Part shown: one piece after another, positions 58,151-64,000 of the stretch
Layout of the letters: every line of letters begins with the position of its first letter
How positions within the stretch are numbered: position 1 is the first letter of the stretch
NCBI GenBank assembly: GCA_051294375.1
Contig: CM119265.1
Location: 19,767,642 to 19,831,641 of the forward strand
DNA from: Paraspadella gotoi
Lineage: Eukaryota > Animalia > Chaetognatha
Length of the DNA stretch: 64,000 nucleotides
Reading direction: 5' to 3'
The notes under the pieces: generated by a model
The model's input: only the letters and a program-made list of their open reading frames with translations
Told to the model about the DNA's origin: nothing
Database searches by the model: none
Program-made: the position numbers and the translations under genes

Positions 58151-61100
58151 CNNNNNNNNNNNNNNNNNNNNNNNNNNNNNNNNNNNNNNNNNNNNNNNNN
58201 NNNNNNNNNNNNNNNNNNNNNNNNNNNNNNNNNNNNNNNNNNNNNNNNNNNNNNNNNNNNNNNNNNNNNNNNNNNNNNNNNNNNNNNNNNNNNNNNNNNN
58301 NNNNNNNNNNNNNNNNNNNNNNNNNNNNNNNNNNNNNNNNNNNNNNNNNNNNNNNNNNNNNNNNNNNNNNNNNNNNNNNNNNNNNNNNNNNNNNNNNNNN
58401 NNNNNNNNNNNNNNNNNNNNNNNNNNNNNNNNNNNNNNNNNNNNNNNNNNNNNNNNNNNNNNNNNNNNNNNNNNNNNNNNNNNNNNNNNNNNNNNNNNNN
58501 NNNNNNNNNNNNNNNNNNNNNNNNNNNNNTTCGCGTTCGGGTTCGCGTTCCCTTCATTTCTTTTCGTTTAAGCCTTCGCTTTTTTTGATCTTCCCAAGTT
58601 CACTTTAAATTTAATGCGTTCTTTTGTTTTTTTTTCGCGAGTCTCCTGGCGGACATTTTGGATAAACACGAAAGAGCAAAACGAACAACAGAGCGTAGTG
58701 AAAGGAAAAGGGGAGCAGAGTGAAGGAGAAGGGGGAGCGGAAGTATAGAGAGAGGGAAGGGGAAGGGAAGCGGATGAGAAGCGGAAAAAATGGGAAAAAG
58801 TTAAAAACGAAGGCGTGGAGAAGAAAGATGAAAAAGCGAAGAGAATGGAATGTAAAGGAAAATCGATAGCGAAGAGAAGACAACCAAAAATTAGGTAAGT
58901 GAGCGAGAGACAGGGGAAAGTTTGTACAATTGTGAGATCAGATATCACGAAAAAAAATGTTTGACTTAAAAACCTGAAGTAAGAAGCATTGATAAGAATT
59001 TTTAAGTGAAAAAGAAATATAAAAAATACTACTTACAACTTGTACGTTGTACAATTGTACAAAATGTACATATAAGAACGGAAAAACGTAAATAATAACG
59101 ACATTTTTTATAAACAGAATGTCGCTATCAATGTTTCACAAAATACTTTCTCCTCTTCAACCATCGATGTCACGGTCTTCTCATTCGACCACTCAAGCGC
59201 CTCTTCTTGAGTCACTCAAGCGCCTCTTGCGCCTTTCTCGACAACTTTCGGAAAATTCGTATCTTTATATCTTTATATCTCATGATAATGAGAAAACATC
59301 TCTTCTTTGACATTTGGAGGCTTGTCCCTGAAAGCTCAGAAAAAACCTCGCTGAGACGCACCGTAATTTTCAGCGCCTCTTTTTTGAGGCTTTGTTTCTC
59401 TCTCTCTCTCTCTCTNNNNNNNNNNNNNNNNNNNNNNNNNCTCTCTCTCTTCTCTTCTCTCTCTCTCCTCCTCTCTCTCTTCTTCTCGATCGAACGAAGA
59501 ACCGACGGAGTGTTCTTCCTGAATTTTATATTTTTCTTATAAAATACCTCGACTAAAGAAATAACGCGCCAGGGGCTAAGCCCCAAAAAAAATAAATCAA
59601 TTTCTTTCTCATTTATTACACGGAATGTAAACTTAATAATAAAAGTATTAATTTCCAATTAATCAAAAAGACCTGCTCGAAAAAAAGGAATCTTTGGGTC
59701 TTCCATCTTAAGAGGACCGGCGTATAGCATTATGCTCATCAATCCGGGACTGTAAAAAAGCACAACTAGTGAAAAACTGCGACGGACGAAAAACTACAAA
59801 ACTCGCACGTCGCTAAAAATTGTTGAACTCAAAAAGCATTAGAAAGTGTTAAAAAATCTAATGAGAGCAGATTTACGGTATTTCAGAGAGAATGTTTCGA
59901 TTTTGAAACAAAGCAAACTCGGGAAAAATGCCACTCTCGACCGAAGTGGATGTTATCGCCTGCTGCATTAAAAGCTCGGTATAAACGGAAATTGGATTTA
60001 ACAATCTAGAAATGCTGAACCTAAATCGCCAAGATTTGAAATTGAATAGGGGTTGGAGGCTGGGACGTCGACTCAATTAAATCACCTCCAATTCATTGAT
60101 TTACAACGTCTCAGCAAGCTCAGCAAGCCAACCAATGATGTGCACTCGTAGATCGTGCTGTGTCCTTGTTGCAACTGTGGCGACGACGTCAAATCAGACC
60201 ACGACTCTCTGAATTTATAAGACAACTTAGGGATCTGCCATCTTAAAGAAGCCTCATTCTTCTCACTGTTGACTCGATGCAATTTAATTCGGTTTGAAAG
60301 AACGGGAACAAAGGCGATTGAAATCACTTCCCAGCTCCAAGCAAAATCTCTATTGTGACACAATTTAGAATCAGGTGTTGACCCTATCAGTGAAGGAAGC
60401 ACAGATGTAAAGAAGAATGGACAATAATTGGTTTCTACAGTCTTCATTAAGAGATGTTCCACAGCGGTATGTTGAAAGACATGAACATAAAAAGTCGGTG
60501 AATACAAAAGAACATGCGTCAATAACTAAAGCAAGATGATTCAAGATATTTTTAAAGTCATAAGTGATTGATTGATGACCGAGGACTGTGCATGTGTTTT
60601 GTTGTCAAAAGGCGGGATGGGCAGGAACATGCAAAGCACTGAAGTACTTAGCCTGCGGTGCTGCGAAACACAGTGCACTCAAGATCTGACAATGAACGAG
60701 TAGCCTCAGTGTGCAAATTGCGGAAAGCACGCACGCAAACTCAATCTTGCCCAGCTGTATTAAAATCCTTGTCAGCAAACAAAGAAATGCGACAAAAGGA
60801 AGTCGAAGTGTATTCCTTCAAACTCACAACGTCAAGTCCAATGACTATCGCCAAGTTAGGCGAATAAGTAACAGAGAGCAGTAGAAGATCCACGCAACAT
60901 TAATCACTCTCTCTTTTGTTTATGTTATGATAAGCACCCATGGAAGAGATTACAGACATGTCTGATGCAGAATCGTGACAACTGTGGTCCAATGTCACCA
61001 GAGGCTCGATCAATGAAGCATTTTGGAATAGTGTTAATAAGAAAGAAATCATACGATGAGCTGTGTAACAACTTTCACAATTAAACATTACTCTGAATGG

Positions 61101-63660
61101 TACATCTATTAACGTCGATGGGTCTTTACTACCCAAATATACTCCTAGCAGACACAACACCTGAATCAGAGAAAACAAACATCAAGCATCCTTGAATCTC
61201 ACAAAGACCAGATAATGTGGGGGGGGTGTGTGCAGGTTCCTGCGGCTCACGATGGACTGTGCTGTGGTCAAAAGAGGCGAGCGTGTCAGAGCGGAACAAC
61301 ATCTCGAATGCAAAAATACTCTTCAAAGAAGGAGAGTCGGGTAGGGTACTGCGCCGGAGACACGGGAGTCGGTGGTGTCTTGAGGGTAGGCGAGAACTGG
61401 GGTGCGACGAAAGATGGAAAAATGATCAGTCAAGATTATGCTCTTATGTAAATCAGTCAAACATGAGGCTCGATAGTGTAAATATACGTGGCGGGTATGA
61501 ATGCGGTAAGTGGATCGTCAAGAAAGACCAGAGGTTGCTAGAACTCAAAGCAGATGTATTGACTCTCTATCACCGAAAAAGAATATGATCGTTGATTTAT
61601 TTTCAATTGATATGAGGGGTGATAGGACACAAACGGCAACGAGATAGATGGGGATTGAAAAATGTTCAAGTTATCATAAGTAGGACGTAATGAACTGGTC
61701 ACATACGAGAGCTGTGTTCTGGATGGCGTAGGTAGTTGCCTCCTGTAGGCAGAATTCGCTGTGTGGTAAATTGAGGTCTGCTAAAGCAAATTAAGGGAGA
61801 TCTTTGATTTGAAATAATTTTAAAGGGTGGCCAAAAATAATTCTTGCACAGTTGTACATATCACAGGCGCATATGTTCCTTTTGGGCGTCTTCGGGAAAG
61901 AGAGTGGCGTTTGTGTGGCATCGGCGACGGGCGTTGGGTTGAGATGGAATTGGGGTGTCACGGGTCGGGAGGAAAAAAGAACAGAAAAGAGAGAATGGAA
62001 TGGAATTGGAAACAAGGAAGAAGATAAGGAAAAAAAATTAAAAACGGAATAGGGGAAAAAGAATAAAGTTCCATCCATCTTTGGACTTTCAAGGAAGAGG
62101 TATTAGTAAAATGACTGATGCGTATTGTATACGCATAAGAAATAGGAATTAACAAATGACGTGACAAATAAGCGATTTCTTTAAGGAGAATCAATAGCGT
62201 GACAAGGGATTTTCACGGTTCCAAGTGGATTTAATGGCGTGACGGACTTCTGAAATTCCGCCACGCCGATTCCTCAGAATCCACTTAACATAAATCGATA
62301 AACTTCTCGCTCGAGCTAGCGTCTCTTCAATCCCGGGGTGACAGAGCGTAATGGAATCCCAAAGCCTCGAGCGCTAGACCATCTAACAGCTCGCCATTTT
62401 TCTCCCAAACTGTCCAGACAACCAGCCCTCCTTTTATTTCGCAGTTTCTTCACACAAATGCTTAAAACACAGTGGAGAGCAGTAATTGACGATCCTCATT
62501 TTACGCTTGCATGACATTACAACCGGACGCTCCATTGCACGGTTAAAGCTCTATTGAAATCCCTAACCCGTTGTTACATCGCAGTCCCTTAGTTTTAAAT
62601 CGAAAGAAAATTACGACCAATCACGACGCGAGTTTCGTGCGAGTTTCATCGAGATAGACGACGACGATGACGACGACGAAAACAGATAAACATTCTGTGT
62701 CTACGACAGCATAAAAATCCCTTTTAAGTGCTTTTCTTCAGGACACCGCCTCGACTCAACTTGGCTTTCGGTCCAACAATAATACTTTTATGGATTTGAA
62801 TTCAGTGTTTCCAGTTTTGTAGTTACTACATACTTGTAAAACTTTTTGAACTTAAAAATTTAAAAAAATCATATTTGGGAGATATTGTATTGTTTCTTTC
62901 GATTCGTTGAGTTTAATTTAGAAACGAAATAACAAGTTTTTAATGGTTTACAACAAATAAACTTCGAAACATTTTCATGTAAAAACTATTTTGTCGTTGT
63001 TTTAAACCATTAAAAACTTATTATTTCGTTTGTAAAATAATATTTTAAGATATTATCATAATATCAATTATCATGTTCGACAAAATCACACTTTCCTCAA
63101 ACACTGAGAAATAAACTTTTATGGTGTGAACGAGAAATTCAGTTAACGATGATTTCCTACGGTGTGTGTGCGTGTGTGTGTGTNNNNNNNNNNNNNNNNN
63201 NNNNNNNNGTGTGTGAGAGATGAGAGAGGAGATGAGAGAGAGAGGAGAGAGGAGAGAGGGATGTGGGGGGTTGGTTTGCTGAGGGGGGTTTAGGGATTCG
63301 GGAGCGTCTCGGCTTGTTGGTAGGATAGGGAGGGGATAGGGGAGGATAGTTGAGAGTTGGGCAGGAAGCATTGGAAACGTTGAGTTAGTTTATGACTTTC
63401 GGGTGAGTTGAGAAAGCTTAATGTTTTTATTCTTTTTATTTATTTTTATTTTTCGATGTGTTGATTCGATCAACGTGCGATATTAAAGCCCCCTGATGTC
63501 GTGCTAGTTTTAATTTAACTGTATTTATTATTATCATTCTTGATTATCAAATCGTCTATGAATTATTGCGAAATACAAGGATTCTATCCTCTCAAGTCTC
63601 AACCATTTTACAATTGTGTTCCCTATCTCCTCCTCCTCCTCCTCTCTATTCCTGCCCAAG

Positions 63661-63964
63661 GTGTCTAATGAGCTGCGACACTCGCAAGGGCGGCGCTGGA
63701 TTCGACGAGCATCTCTACATGAGCGTCGCCAATCTAATGGAGCTGTCGTTGTCGGCGGGGCTGCAGATCGCGCGTTCACATCCTCTGGAGTTTCACGGAC
63801 ACCGGAATGTTATCTTTTGCTCTACTTTTGCCGATGGCCAATTGAACCGTGACGGTGTCGCTGATGCTCTTGTTGGCGTGCAGGATAAAGGAATTCTTTT
63901 CTTTGTTTATCCTTCAAATCACTGGTCCATCAGTTTGGTTCTAATAAAACATCGGTTTTTATAA
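63661..63964 (+). CDS. Possible coding exon of unknown product
   Basis: Pyrimidine tract then AAG, followed by a GC-richer open frame (CLMSCDTRKGGAGFDEHLYMSVANLMELS...); no family recognised, frame and strand uncertain. Confidence 0.25.
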
Positions 63965-64000
63965 ACCTTTTTTGCTTCTTTCTTTAATTTTTTATATCTA

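Overview
Eukaryotic (bilaterian animal, probably invertebrate) genomic DNA, rich in introns and (GA)n/(GAC)n microsatellites. The assembly is gap-filled with error-prone long reads: 25-N gaps, indel-ridden duplicate blocks. Three genes can be reconstructed by splicing. (1) The 3' part of a + strand classical cadherin (2019->24577): four EC repeats, TM and a catenin-binding tail, with no NC/EGF/LamG module between the last EC and the TM. Its introns hold a convergent tRNA-Asp/tRNA-Trp pair and a hAT-type MITE. (2) A - strand stonustoxin/verrucotoxin-like (MACPF/CDC) gene (39099->31115) with an unusual architecture: short hydrophobic leader, SNTX core, an FN3 domain split by a ~950-aa insert that is mostly acidic and carries furin-type sites, then Cys-rich GCC2/GCC3-like repeats and an Ala/Asp tail. 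This is the strongest candidate for an undescribed system, possibly a protease-activated secreted pro-toxin. (3) A - strand calmodulin-like EF-hand gene (>58150->40082) ending about 1 kb upstream of the toxin gene. Several cadherin introns have complementary ends. The large duplications (1-3.6 kb vs 7.8-11.1 kb; 35-39.5 kb inverted at 46-50.5 kb; 40.7-46 kb vs 50.5-57.2 kb) are most likely assembly or haplotype artefacts. Family assignments rest on recalled motifs; no database searches were run.
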